A program made the translations under genes and the position numbers. 35,010 nt of DNA, from the NCBI GenBank assembly GCA_016748015.1, contig JAAOMT010000008.1, positions 1 through 35,010 of the forward strand, written 5' to 3'. Each line of letters opens with the position of its first letter. Position 1 is the stretch's first letter. Under the pieces are notes generated by a model. The model searched no databases. It had not been told where the DNA came from and worked only from the letters and a program-made list of their open reading frames with translations. This document shows positions 10,346 through 21,689 of this stretch, one piece after another. Source of the DNA: Geosiphon pyriformis uo1 (lineage: Eukaryota; Fungi; Glomeromycota).

Positions 10346-11727
10346 TCAATTTAACATATTAGTATTGATAATTATGATTGGTTCTAAATCTTATAGAATC
10401 TTATCTGATTAAATTAATATTTATTGTACTTCCAGTTGTGAAATATTACTGATAGATAATAATACTATATTGTGATATAGTTTTAGTTAATCTCTATGTG
10501 TTGTTTTAACTAAAATTTTGTTGTTCTATCTTAGTTTATAAGTTTTATTTTCTAAAATTTCTTCAATATGAAATGATCTGTCCCATTTGGAATCAAATTT
10601 TCTACTCTATTGTTTTTCTACTTTGGTATAATATAAGAGTACTTTGTCTCTAATCTTAAATTTAGCTGGTTTGTTTAGTAGTTGGTTATTATGTTGTTTT
10701 TTTTGCTTTTCTTGTAACTTTTGTATATTTTTAGCTGTTTTTTGTCTTTTGTTTTCTAAAGTTTCTATTAAGTCATATGTTCTTTTTAGCAATGTTTTTT
10801 GAAAGTTGCTTTCTGTTATTGGTTTAATTAAATATGTATTGACTTCTATCTCAACTGATAATATTGCTATTCTATTATAAACAAGTTCAAATAATATTAC
10901 TTGTGTAATATTTTGCTTTATTGTTCAATAAGCAAATAATATTGATAATATAAACAAATCTTATTTATCCTGGTTTTTTTACCTGATTTTGGCAATTGCT
11001 TTACACAATGTTCTGTTAAACTTTTTAACTAAACCATTTGTTTGTAAATAATATGGTAATAATAATGGTTTTTTGATTTCAAATCTTTGACTTAATTCTG
11101 TTAATGTTTTGTTTAAAAAGTGAGTTCTTTGATCTGATAACAATTCTTTGGACATCTGTATTAGCAAATCAAATCTTGATAAACAAATTCAGCTACAGAT
11201 TCTGTATCTATTCTTTGAATTGCTTTTGCTTCTGACTATTTAGTAAAATAGTTTATTACTACTGCTATATATCTGTTGTTTTTGTTGATAATTGTTAATG
11301 ATTTAACTAAGTCAATTGCAATTTGATCAAATGATTGTCTTACTTTAATTGGTTTTAATGGTTTATTGGATCTTGTTTTTTCTTTTCTCTAACAAGCATC
11401 ACAATTTTGAACATATTAGATGATGTCTGAATACATAGATGGCTAATAATATTTTTTCCTGGTTCTTTCTATAGTTGTTTCTTTATGAAAATATTTTGCT
11501 ATTAGATCTGAATGTATGTTAAATAGTATTGTTTTTTTTTCTGATTCTGTGATTACTCTAAGTAGTTGTTTTGAATTTTTTCTGTTTTTTTAATATAGTA
11601 TATTTTGGTAAGTAATAAAATATTTAGATTGCTGTTTTATGTTGTTTCATTTCTTTTGAGATAATTTCTCCTTGAACTATTGGGTATTAATATAATATTG
11701 AAATTGTAAATATTTTTGTGTGTTCAT
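10346..11727 (-). pseudogene. Stand-alone Gypsy integrase ORF (own ATG at 11727)
   Basis: MNTQKYLQ...; CDAC; LLSDQRTHF; QTNGLVKKFNRTL. Confidence 0.92.
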
Positions 11728-11757
11728 TTTTTGTTATATTTTTGGGTTAAAATGTTC

Positions 11758-12644
11758 TTAAATTTGTTTCATTTATAATAAACTGTTGGCATTTTTGTTT
11801 TTTTTTCTCTTTTTATAATGTACTGTATATTTAAATAGTAAAAGCTTTATTTTTTATCTTGTATAACAACTGTCTTCAAATTTTTGCTTCTGAATTGATG
11901 TTAATTTTTTGTGATCAGTATATATGTTAAATTTCTGACTTAAATACTTTTTTCATTTAATAACTGTCTAATAAATAGCTAAGTGTTTTAGTGCTGGTGT
12001 TCTATAGTTCTTTTTAGCTGGGCTCAAGTTTTGGCTAGTATATGCTATTGGATGTTTTCTTTCATCTAGTCTTCTCTAAAATAGTACTGTTCTCAATACT
12101 TGACCAGATGTATCAATAATGATAATAAATGGCTTGTTATGATCTGAATAGATTAGTACTGATGCTTAGATGAGCTTTTTTCTTGATATATTAAAAGCTT
12201 TTTGTTGGATCTCAGTCCATTTATACTTTACATTCTTTGCTTAAAGCTAATAGAGTAGTTAAGCCAGTTTAGAGAAGTTTTAGATAAAGCAGCAATAGTA
12301 GCCAACAAATCTCAAGAATGCTCTTAATTTTTTAAGATTTGCTGATACTGAAAAGTTTTTAACTATCTTAATCTTATTTGGATTTGTCTTGATGCCATTT
12401 TTGCTTACAATATGTCCCAAGAATTTCAGTTCTGTTTTGCCAAAGAAGTATTTGGTTGCATTTAGTTTCAATTTGGTTCTTTTTAATCTCTCAAACACTT
12501 GCTGTAAATGATAAAGATAATCATTAAATGTTTTTGAAAACACATTGGTGTTATCTAAATAAACAACTACTAATTTTTATAGCAGTTTAGTATAAACCAT
12601 TTCTATTAGTCTTTAGAAAGTGGCTGGTATATTGGTTATGCCAA
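11758..12644 (-). pseudogene. RT (C-terminal half)-RNase H
   Basis: ORF 12280-12543 plus the downstream IDTSGQVLRTVL and IYTDHK motifs; stop at 11758-11760. Confidence 0.92.
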
Positions 12645-13604
12645 TGTTACCAGACAAAATTAAAGATATTGTTTAGCATGAAATTACTCTTATAATTTTT
12701 ATCATTAGTTAGCATATATTATTGTCCCAAATTATTATTTATTACATTAACAAAATATCCGAAATTATCATTTAATTAATAACCCAATTTGTACATAACA
12801 CAAATATAACTTAATTGCGATGATCAATCATGCAATACTCCAAACTATGTAACATTCAAAAAGTTTGCTGAAATTTGTAGAAATTTACTGAAATAATTGA
12901 TAGTTCACTGAAATAACTTGTAGTTTACTGAAATGCTATCTCTAGTTTAGCGAAATTGTAAAAAATAGCAAAGTTCAAGTTCATAGAATAGTGTTATAAC
13001 AAGTTGTATAAAAGAAAAGCTTCTCTCTTTAAGAAAATATATCTTACTTTAGATTTATTACTTAGAACCATTCTTACACACACAAAGAAAAATAAATATC
13101 AAATGATTTGAAAAGCCAAATTCTTTAATTATTGCACTTAGAAAATTCTTAAAACCCAACTAACGTTTTGAAATTGATTAGCTACCAATTTCAGTAAACT
13201 GTTAGTGACTCCAGGCCTGAATAAAAAACGTTGCCCTTGATAAAATCCTATTTCTTTTACATTTCTTTTATTTTTCTTTTTTTTTCTTATTACAATTATT
13301 AGGGTAGCCTACAGATGAGATTCCTGTAAAAGAGTTGACTTTTACAGCAAAGTAACTACACATTTTTAGTGAGCTTTTAGATAAGCAATTTCTGGGAAAG
13401 AGTTGACGTTTATTACAACGTAACTACATAAAGTAACTGGCAAGGAATTGGCCATTCCACTTATAAGTCCAGCAGTTCAAATTATAGGAGATAATTTGAA
13501 GATAAATTCAGTTACTGGAGGTTTAACCACATCCAGAAACGTAAATTCACAGCAAAATAGGCATCAACAACATTAGAAAAAAAGACCAAAAACTTCTGAT
13601 AACA
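12645..13604 (+). mobile_element. LTR-A copy 3, complete, with mismatched flanks (CCAA / TTGT)
   Basis: Termini TGTTACCAG...CTGATAACA; collinear with 6237-7248, with a more divergent first ~170 bp. The flanks belong to different elements. Confidence 0.93.
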
Positions 13605-13619
13605 TTGTTCAATACTGTT

Positions 13620-14070
13620 AATTGTTATTATGTTCATGATTGGGTCCAACTAAATCAATTCCAATTCTGTCAAATGGCTGTCCAACTTTTATTGGTCTTA
13701 ATAATTCTATTGTTTTTACTCCTTTTTTTCATTGGCATGGGTCACAATTTTTTATGTATTGAATTATGTCTGAACTCATTTTTGGCCAATAGTAATGGCT
13801 AGTTGCATGTTAGATGGTTGTTGTTTTTCCAAAGTGGTCTGAATGAATATCTGAGTACATGTTAAATAAGATAGTTTCTTTTTTATCCATGGTTATAACT
13901 CTTAATAGATTATTTGAATTTTGTCAATTTCGGTAATAAAGTATGTGATTTTGGATGAAATAGTGTTTTGCTAATTTTTGAAGCTTAATTAGCTCTTTTA
14001 CTGGTATTTCTTCATCTATTTATAGTGTTTTCAAGTATTGGCTGAGGTTTTTGTAAAGGTGGTTGTTCAT
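13620..14070 (-). pseudogene. Integrase N-terminus (HHCC) with the catalytic core deleted
   Basis: MNNHLYKNLSQYLKTL...DHFG...YYWP...CDPCQ...DRIGIDLVGP, then jumps to C-terminal-like sequence at ~13643. Confidence 0.85.
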
Positions 14071-14099
14071 TGTTGTTGTAGTGGATGGGTTGGTAATTT

Positions 14100-15420
14100 T
14101 TATGTGTGTCTCATTCTTCACAAACAATCAGCATTAACATTTTTGGGACTTTCTTTGTATTTGATAATTTAATTGTATGGTGTCAATGTTTGTAACCATC
14201 TGGTGTATTTTTCTTTTAGTGCTTTCTTGTTATTTAACTAGACCAGACCTCTATGATCTGTGGTAATCTCAAAGAGTTGGTATCATAAATATGTATCAAA
14301 GTAAACACAACTCCAGATTACTGTTAAGCATTCAAGTTTGTGTGCTGCATAGTTTTGCTTTACCATACTGAAACTTTTACTGGCATAAGCAATTATATAT
14401 TCTCTTCTATTATCATCTTTTTGTGAAAGAATAGCTTCAAGTTCAGTTCCAGAGACATCTGTGGCCAAAATGAATTTTTTGTTGAAATCTGGATAGATCA
14501 TTATTAGTGATTCAATGAGCTTTTGCCTAAGATACTCAAAAGCTTTTTGCTGTGTTTTGGTCCATTCAAATTTCACATTTTTGAATAGTAAATAATTAAA
14601 AGGTTTGATGATGTTTGAAAAGTTTTCTACAAAGCAGCGGTAGTAAGATGTGAGTCCTAAAAAGCTTTTAACTTCTAAAATGTTTTGAGGTACTGGAAAA
14701 TTTTTTACTTTGTCTATTTTTGATGGATCTGGTTTTATTCCATTTTTTCCAACTACGTGTCCTAGAAATGCTAGCTTATTTTTCCCAAAAAAACATTTTT
14801 CTAAATTTAATTTAAGTCCAGTGTATTTCAATCTCTCAAAAACTTGTTGTAAATGTTGAAGATGATCTGTGAATTTTGGCAAGAAAACATTTGTATTGTC
14901 CAAGTAGACAACAACAGATTGCCACAAAATTCTGGAGTAAATTACATTCATTAGTCTTTGGAATATTGTGAGAGCATTTGTCAATCCAAATGGCATTACA
15001 TTAAACTCATTATTGCTATTTTGTGTTGTGAATACTGTTTTATGCCTGTTTTTTGGGTTTATTTCTACTTGCCAGTATCTACTGGTCAAATCAAGTGTAA
15101 AAAACCATTTTGCTTCTCCAAAAACATCAAAGATTTCATCAATTAACAGTATTAAGTATAAGTTTTTAGTTGTTTTGCTGTTTAATTTGCAATAGTTGAT
15201 GCAAAATCTAATTTTTCTATTCTTTTTTCTTACTAAAACAACTGGTGAAGACCATGGGCTCATTGATAGTTGAATTATTCCTTTTTTTAACATGCTTTAG
15301 ACTTTTTCTCTGATAAAATTATGCTCTATTGGTGGGATACAGTAAGTGCATTGTTATTCAGGTCTGGTGTCCCCAATGGGGATTTGGTATTGAACCAAGT
15401 TGGTTCTTCCAAATTCACTA
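14100..15420 (-). pseudogene. Reverse transcriptase-RNase H
   Basis: ORF 14283-15293: SPWSSPVVLV, MPFGLTNA, YLDN (mutated YLDD), FLGHVV, LATDVS; terminal stop at 14100-14102. Confidence 0.95.
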
Positions 15421-15934
15421 TTTCATGAAAATATATCAGAGTATTTTAAAATTAATACTTTTAATTGTCACTGTTAGTCCAGATCTATTGTTTTAATGTT
15501 TAATTTGGCCAATTTTTCTGTCGTAAATTGATAGCATTCTAACAGTTGTTGCCAATTTATTGAAGTAAGTTCACAGTAGAGGGTGATTTCTGGGAAATTT
15601 AGTATTTCTTGTGGTGTTAATGCGTTTTCTAGCTCTGTTTTGAGGTATCCAATGATGGTATTTTCTGGAATATAGACAAGTTCTTCTGTGGTGTTTGCGA
15701 TAAGAATTTTTATTCATTGAGCTTTATCAGCTGAAATAAAAAGGTTAGTAAATCCTATAAGAAACTGTTGGCAAGTTTCTGGGTAGGGCTCAAATATTAA
15801 GTTTTTTTCTTTAATTGTCCTTTTTATTCTTATTTCTGATTTTCCATATGGTAGGAGTGTGATGAACCACTCAGTTTTAATTATTTTGTCTTTTTTTTCT
15901 ATTGTTTCAGTAAAATTCACTTCAATTCCTTTTT

Positions 15935-16335
15935 CTGTCAATCTGAAACCAAAAGTTTCTCTCATTGTTTGTAACAATTTCTCACAATTTTTTATTGGCA
16001 CAAATTTCCCAATTTTTACCAATGGTAAGAAAATTGCTTGTGCAATCTTTTCCTTAGATTCAATGGTATAAGGCTTTTCTGAATTGTTTTGTAGCAAAAC
16101 TATTAAATTTCCAGTGTATTCAGAGTTAATTACTCCTCCTTGAATGCTTATTTTTTTTTCATGAGACTAATTGCAATGCTATTTGAATCATTATTCCTGG
16201 CAAAAATTCAACTGCTATTTTTAGGTCGATTTTGGTGATGCTCCTGAGTGGTAATATTGTGGATTTGTCTTCCAGATAACGTAGATTGAATCCAGTGTCA
16301 GTTGGATGAGCTCTTTTGGGTATTATTCCTAAGTG
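15935..16335 (-). pseudogene. Element-encoded trimeric-family dUTPase
   Basis: PKRAHPTDTGFNL (motif 1), GGVINSEYTG (3), KIAQAIF (4), RETFGFRLT (5, mutated RGxxGFGST). Confidence 0.9.
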
Positions 16336-17299
16336 CCTGTTTTCAAAGTATCGGATGTTGATTACCTATTCTAGGTCAGTATAGGCTACAAATTTTTCTG
16401 ATTTGAGACTGTCAGGTGAGTCTTGTTGATTTATTGATTGATTTTGAGACTGCTGATTCTCAATTTCTATTTTTCTTTCTAAGTCTCTTTCATCTTGACA
16501 CTCTTCACAGTACTGATTTTGGCACAGAATAAAATAGTTTTCGCAGAGGTAAGTGTTGATTTGGGTAAGATATTGTTCTTGCTCTTGTCGAGTGGGGCAT
16601 AGTTGTTAATAGTAGTCTTGAAATTTGTCCACTGGGTCAAAAATGTTGTAGCTAGTGACTTTGTTGGCTATTTTGGCTAACTTTTTCTAACATTATATTT
16701 CTTCGGTTGTTTTTTCTCTTACTTTGGCCTGTGCGGTATTGTACAACTTGTCCTCATCGTGTGAGTAGTGCTGTAGTCTTTTTAACGCTTTGTTGAACAC
16801 TGCTTCGAATGACATTTCTCCTCTTACTTAGTCACAGATGAGGATTGTGTATTGGCAAGTTACATCACATGTTCTTTCTCTGCTTGGTATGTTGTTCTAG
16901 TCACATCTTTTTAGTAACGGTTCTCTACAAGCAAGGCATGGTTCCTCATTCCATTTTTTGTGTCTTTCTGAGTAATTGTATTTTTCTTTGTTACAACAGT
17001 TAAAATAGTAGTAAGTGGGATTTCTTGGGTCTTTGTTTGTTGTGTTGCACACAGTCATAGACAAGAGTTTCTTCTTGCAAACCAAGCATTCTAGCTTTGG
17101 TCTGCATCACTGGTGGTTTTTTCATGGACTTACCTGGTTTTATTCAGATCTTTCTTTGCTGGTCCACATTGGTATGGCTGGTAGTCCTGTTCTTTGGTCA
17201 TCAGCCCAAGAGAGCTGATAGGTTTTGATGGCTGGTAGTGCTGGATTTTCTTCAAATTTGAAGATAGGTCTTTGGTTGGTGCTGGGTTTTTGGAAGTGG

Positions 17300-17680
17300 C
17301 CACAGGTGGCTAAAATTCTGGCCTGGTGGCCATTATAATTGATCAGAAGCTCTTGGGTGGTCTAGTCTAGGGTGGCATTGGCTTTTGTTAACCAGTCATT
17401 CCCTACTAATGCTTGATATTGTGTAGCATTTATTACTAATACTTTTGTAGATATTATTATGCCATTAATTTCGAAAAAAAATGAGTCAATTTTACCATGA
17501 GGCAGCTTTGTACTTCCATCAGCTGTTATGATTTGGGATGTTATAATGCGATCAACTTTGAAACCTAGTTGGTTTACTAGTTGAAGCATTATGATGCTTC
17601 CAGTGGATCTGCTATCTAAGATAAGTTTGATTGGGGTATTGTTTATAGTGGCTTTCATATACATAGCAGTGATTGGATGT
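17300..17680 (-). pseudogene. Retropepsin-type aspartic protease
   Basis: IKLILDSRSTGS (DSG>DSR), ITADG, ALVGNDWL. Confidence 0.92.
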
Positions 17681-17799
17681 TTTTCATCCAATGCTGCTCC
17701 ACTGAACATAGCCTCATTTTTCTCTAATTCAAAAAGAAAAATAGCTGCAAGGCTGCTATCTTTGGTGACAACTGCTGGTAGTATTGTTTGGCTCAATTT

Positions 17800-19291
17800 G
17801 TTGGAGGAATTTTCAGTTCTGTTTATGTTTCTACTGTTATTGTTTCTGATGATCAGATTTTCCAGTATATTAAGATAAGTTTGTTGATAATTTTGGTAAT
17901 TTGGATTGGTTTGCTAACTGGTTTCAGTATGGTTTGGATTTCTCTGAACCAATGTGTTCTAGTTCTACATGGGCTAATTTCAGGACTTGGAATGCCAATT
18001 CGGGTTGGCTATTATAGACTGTTACTGGTAAGTTCCTTGATTTTGATATGTGATAGAATATTGGCATGTTATTGGTATGTACTGGTTTCTGGGCATTTGG
18101 GGTGGTGTGTAATAATTATTTTTGCATGCTTTCTGCATTATTTGCATTCAACATTGACTAATCAAATGTCTTATGCGTTTGCAAAAATGGCAGGCACACA
18201 TTTCTGTTCTGAATTCTTAGTGCGACAAGCAATTATTTCAACTGTTACTGACTTCCTGGCTATGTTTTTGGGGTGGTTGGTATGTATTTCTTCTTGGATC
18301 TGGGATGAAGTAACTTTCTATTTTCTTAGAGAGTTCCTTCCCTAATTGCATTATTCTTTTTTCTAATGTTTTTGTCTTATTTTCTTCCATTACTATGTTA
18401 ACCATTTGACTATGATTAGCTTCTTTCTCAGCCAATTCAAGAGCTCTGGTAAGTGTAATGGCTTCTGATAAGGAATTAGGGTGGACAGGGCATATTCTTT
18501 CTAAAATGCTGCTTTTTAATCCTCTAATAAACTGATTTAAAACCTAAGGATCAGTGTAGTATCCTTGTTCAATTGCTTCAATCTGATGACAAATTCGATT
18601 GAATTGAGCAAGATATTGGGTGACAGTTTTACTGATATCTTGCTTAATAGTATTGAATTTGTTCTGTAGTTAGATTATAGCATTTGGGTTGCTAAAATAC
18701 TTTAGGAGTGCATTTTTAAATTCAGCAAAGCTTGTGAGTTTTGTTTCCAGACTTTGATACCATAAGTTGGCTGTGCCTTTCAAGAAGAAAAGTAATGTTT
18801 GAATTGCTCTTTGGTTATTCTAGTTATTTGCCTGGATGGCTTTTTGCACTTTTCTAAGCCATGTATGCACATTAGTTTCTTCTTTTTCTCCTGAGAAATC
18901 TGTTAATCTTGTGATGTATGGTGTGGCCATTTTGTCACTGTTTTCTGCTGGTGGGCTTATTGGTCTAAGAAGAGGTGGAATGATATTTCCTTGAGCATTC
19001 TTAAAAGTGGCTTACCTTATATCTAGTTCTTTTTCTTGATTATGAGTTTCTTGGTTTCTGGACTGGCTGCTTGTTCCAGTGACCAGTCTTGTAATTGTTT
19101 TTTTGCTGGTCTCTTTTTTGGATTCCAATTCAGACTCCTCTTTACAGTTTTCAAATTCCGTTCTGAATTTTGGCTGAAAAAGAGAGTTTTGGAATAGTGA
19201 TGAATATTCCCCTGTAATTGGTATGTCTCTTCAGTTATGTTGTTTAATTTTATCAGTATAACTAGGAGTTCTTGGCATTTGTGGAATTGAT
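17800..19291 (-). pseudogene. Gag (capsid-like region plus CCHC zinc knuckle), 5'-truncated
   Basis: TDFSGEKEE..VHTWL, FFLKGTANLWYQSL; CHFCKRIRHLISQC at ~18150-18195. Confidence 0.88.
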
Positions 19292-19825
19292 GTTGTCCAA
19301 AACCAACACAATGCTTGATTGGACCACCCAAGAACTCCAGCTTAGTCAAAACAACCAACACACATGCATTTCAACCATGTGTAGTCACTTTAAACCAATC
19401 ACCATGCCATTAGCACCACTTATCAAACTTGAGGAAGAAGAAAAAAAACCAGCATAGAAAGGATACCAAGTTTTATGAGCAGATGCTGATCACAACAAGC
19501 TGTCACCAATACTCTTTTGGAACAAAAATAGCAAAGGAAAACAAAGAGAAGAGTTTATCTGGGACACAGACGACCTGACTTGGTTTGACAACAAAAACAA
19601 CAACAAAAACAACAAGAGAAAAGGAAAACCACAAGAAGAACCTACTTGGAAAATAAACAATTAGACGTGGACCGACATCAAACAAAAAGAAACTTCAAGT
19701 TGGGAATAGAAAGAAGATAAAAGAAAAGAGAAAAAAAAGAAGGAAGAAATTACACAGGCCACCAGACTCTATAGTTCATATGCTTATTTAACATTACAAC
19801 CATCAAACTACTGTCACCCAAAATT

Positions 19826-20455
19826 GGTGTGCGTTGATTGCAGCAAGAAATTGTTGACAATGAGCGCATGTTGTGATAACAATAAGGAATACCACACAGC
19901 GACAAAACTATACTGCTGCCCATGCATACTCAAACACTTTGGACGACCAAAATGACAGAGAAAATAGGATAACACCCCATGTTTAGTTTGTGGAGAGACA
20001 CTCTTGGACAAAGAAATGTGAAATGATATTCCAAATTGAGAAGAAACATGTGATGAAACATGCCAGTACACAATCCTAATAAATGATTGGGTACAAAAAA
20101 GAACCTCAATTGATGATGTATGGAAACAAGTCTTAAGACGTCTAGAAGGCTACCCACATGATGAACATGAGATCTGGAGAATGATGTATGCAATGGCAGA
20201 AGGAGCTACAGCTAGTGAGTTGTGGGAAATCAAAACCAATTTGTTATCTCTCCCAGAGCCAGAATATGTTGCAATGTTCAACGTTTTTGGCAACATTGAG
20301 GATGATTCCGAGGAATTCCACGAACATTACCAATGACTAGCACCCACAAGAAAAAAACAAGAAGAGCGGTTAGCACAGCTAAATACTCGATTATGTGACC
20401 ACTGTTTGATTCCATGTGATTATTAATATTGTAATAAGTGTGACCTCATTTACAA
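19826..20455 (+). pseudogene. Cys-rich domain of unknown function in pol (homologues at ~16500-17085 on - and 28990-29525 on +)
   Basis: CVDC, CC, YCCPC, CLVC, CDETC, CDHCLIPC..YCNKC. Confidence 0.75.
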
Positions 20456-20714
20456 TCCACCACCATGCATGATCTATATGATCCCCGAAGAGAAAAAACC
20501 AATCAGCAGCTGTGCATCAGAATCAGAATCTCCATTCAATTCTGATTCAAACTCTGATGATGATGATGACAACAAAAACACTGGTTCCAGCTCTGTTCAA
20601 AATGGCAATGAAAACAACTCCAATTCAAATCCCAATTTAAACTATGAACAATATATTGTGCTCCCTGACCTCACCAAGGAGCAGGAACTAAAATGGTTCA
20701 GCAATAATAATGAG

Positions 20715-21120
20715 GGTATCATGCCTGAATGTGTGCATGATACTGATACCAGGTTTGATCTGAGATATTCAGAAAAAGAGATCATCAAATTAGAACCACA
20801 TTCGTGTACCTGCATTGATTTAAAAGTAGCACTGGAAATTCCAGTGACAACAATGGTCTAACTAGCATTTAGGAGTAGTTTAGCAAAAAGAGGAATTAAT
20901 ATAAAAGGAGGAATAATTGACACAGGATATGTAGGAAATATCATTGCTATGCTACAAAATGACTTTGAAAAGGCCTATATTATAAAGCCAAACAAAAAGA
21001 TAGCACAGGCAATATTCCTGCTTCTGGTAAAAATAGCTCAGTTAATATTAGTGGGAAACAGAAAGAAATTAGGGATAACAGCAAGAGAGATACAGGGATT
21101 TGAATCTACAGATAGAATAG
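20715..21120 (+). pseudogene. dUTPase
   Basis: HDTDTRFDL, RSSLAKRG (motif 2), GGIIDTGYVG (3), KIAQAIF (4), REIQGFEST (5). Confidence 0.92.
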
Positions 21121-21689
21121 ATGTACCAGTTAATATGACAGAAAAAGGAACTGTTGGCCAAGGAGAATTTATCTCAACCAGTCAAGCAATTTCTATTCCT
21201 CCATATGACTAGTACATGATAACAATAGAGAGAGAAGTGAAAGACCAAGCACAGATTTTCGAAGTAGAAGCAAGTTTTTGTGAATCAGGAGAAATCAGGC
21301 TCATCAATCTACACATACCAGCCAAGAACTATAGCTGCATCAAAATTCCCATCTACAACAACACTGGAAATGTTGTCAATATACCGAAAAGAACTACCAT
21401 TGAATATTTGATCATAGAAATAGAGGATCAACCACCAAGCACCATTCTGGACTTTCCACAGCTTTGTAAATATGTCGATATCATATTACAAACAATATAC
21501 AGATGAAGTGAATGTTATTTGCTCCAACCAGAGCAATTGGAACAAATGAACATGGGAAACTTAGATTCACTTCAACATATGCAGCTTAAGATATTGCTCA
21601 ACAATTTTAATGATATCTTTGCCAGCAAAAATGAGTTTGGCCAAACTGATATCATTCAGTATCAGATCAAGACTGGAGATGCAATGCCA

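Larger units (their letters stand above)
8642..12644 (-). mobile_element. E2: Ty3/Gypsy element, 5'-truncated in RT (RT-RH / IN / ORF-X / LTR-B), inserted in E1
   Basis: RT (VVVYLDNTNV, FLGHIVS), RNase H, integrase 10346-11727, ORF-X, PPT and complete LTR-B. Confidence 0.92.
13605..19291 (-). mobile_element. E3: Ty3/Gypsy element of a second subfamily: gag-PR-Cys-rich-dUTPase-RT-RH / deleted IN; no LTRs
   Basis: Ordered domains as listed in the sub-features; clearly diverged from E2/E4/E6. Confidence 0.93.

Noticed and set aside
17591-18345. Antisense ORFs such as 17788-18345(+), 14958-15195(+), 19814-20193(-), 23799-24467(-), 4432-4629(-) and 9638-9826(+)
   Set aside because: Shadow ORFs opposite recognisable TE domains, or low-complexity AT-rich frames with no motifs.
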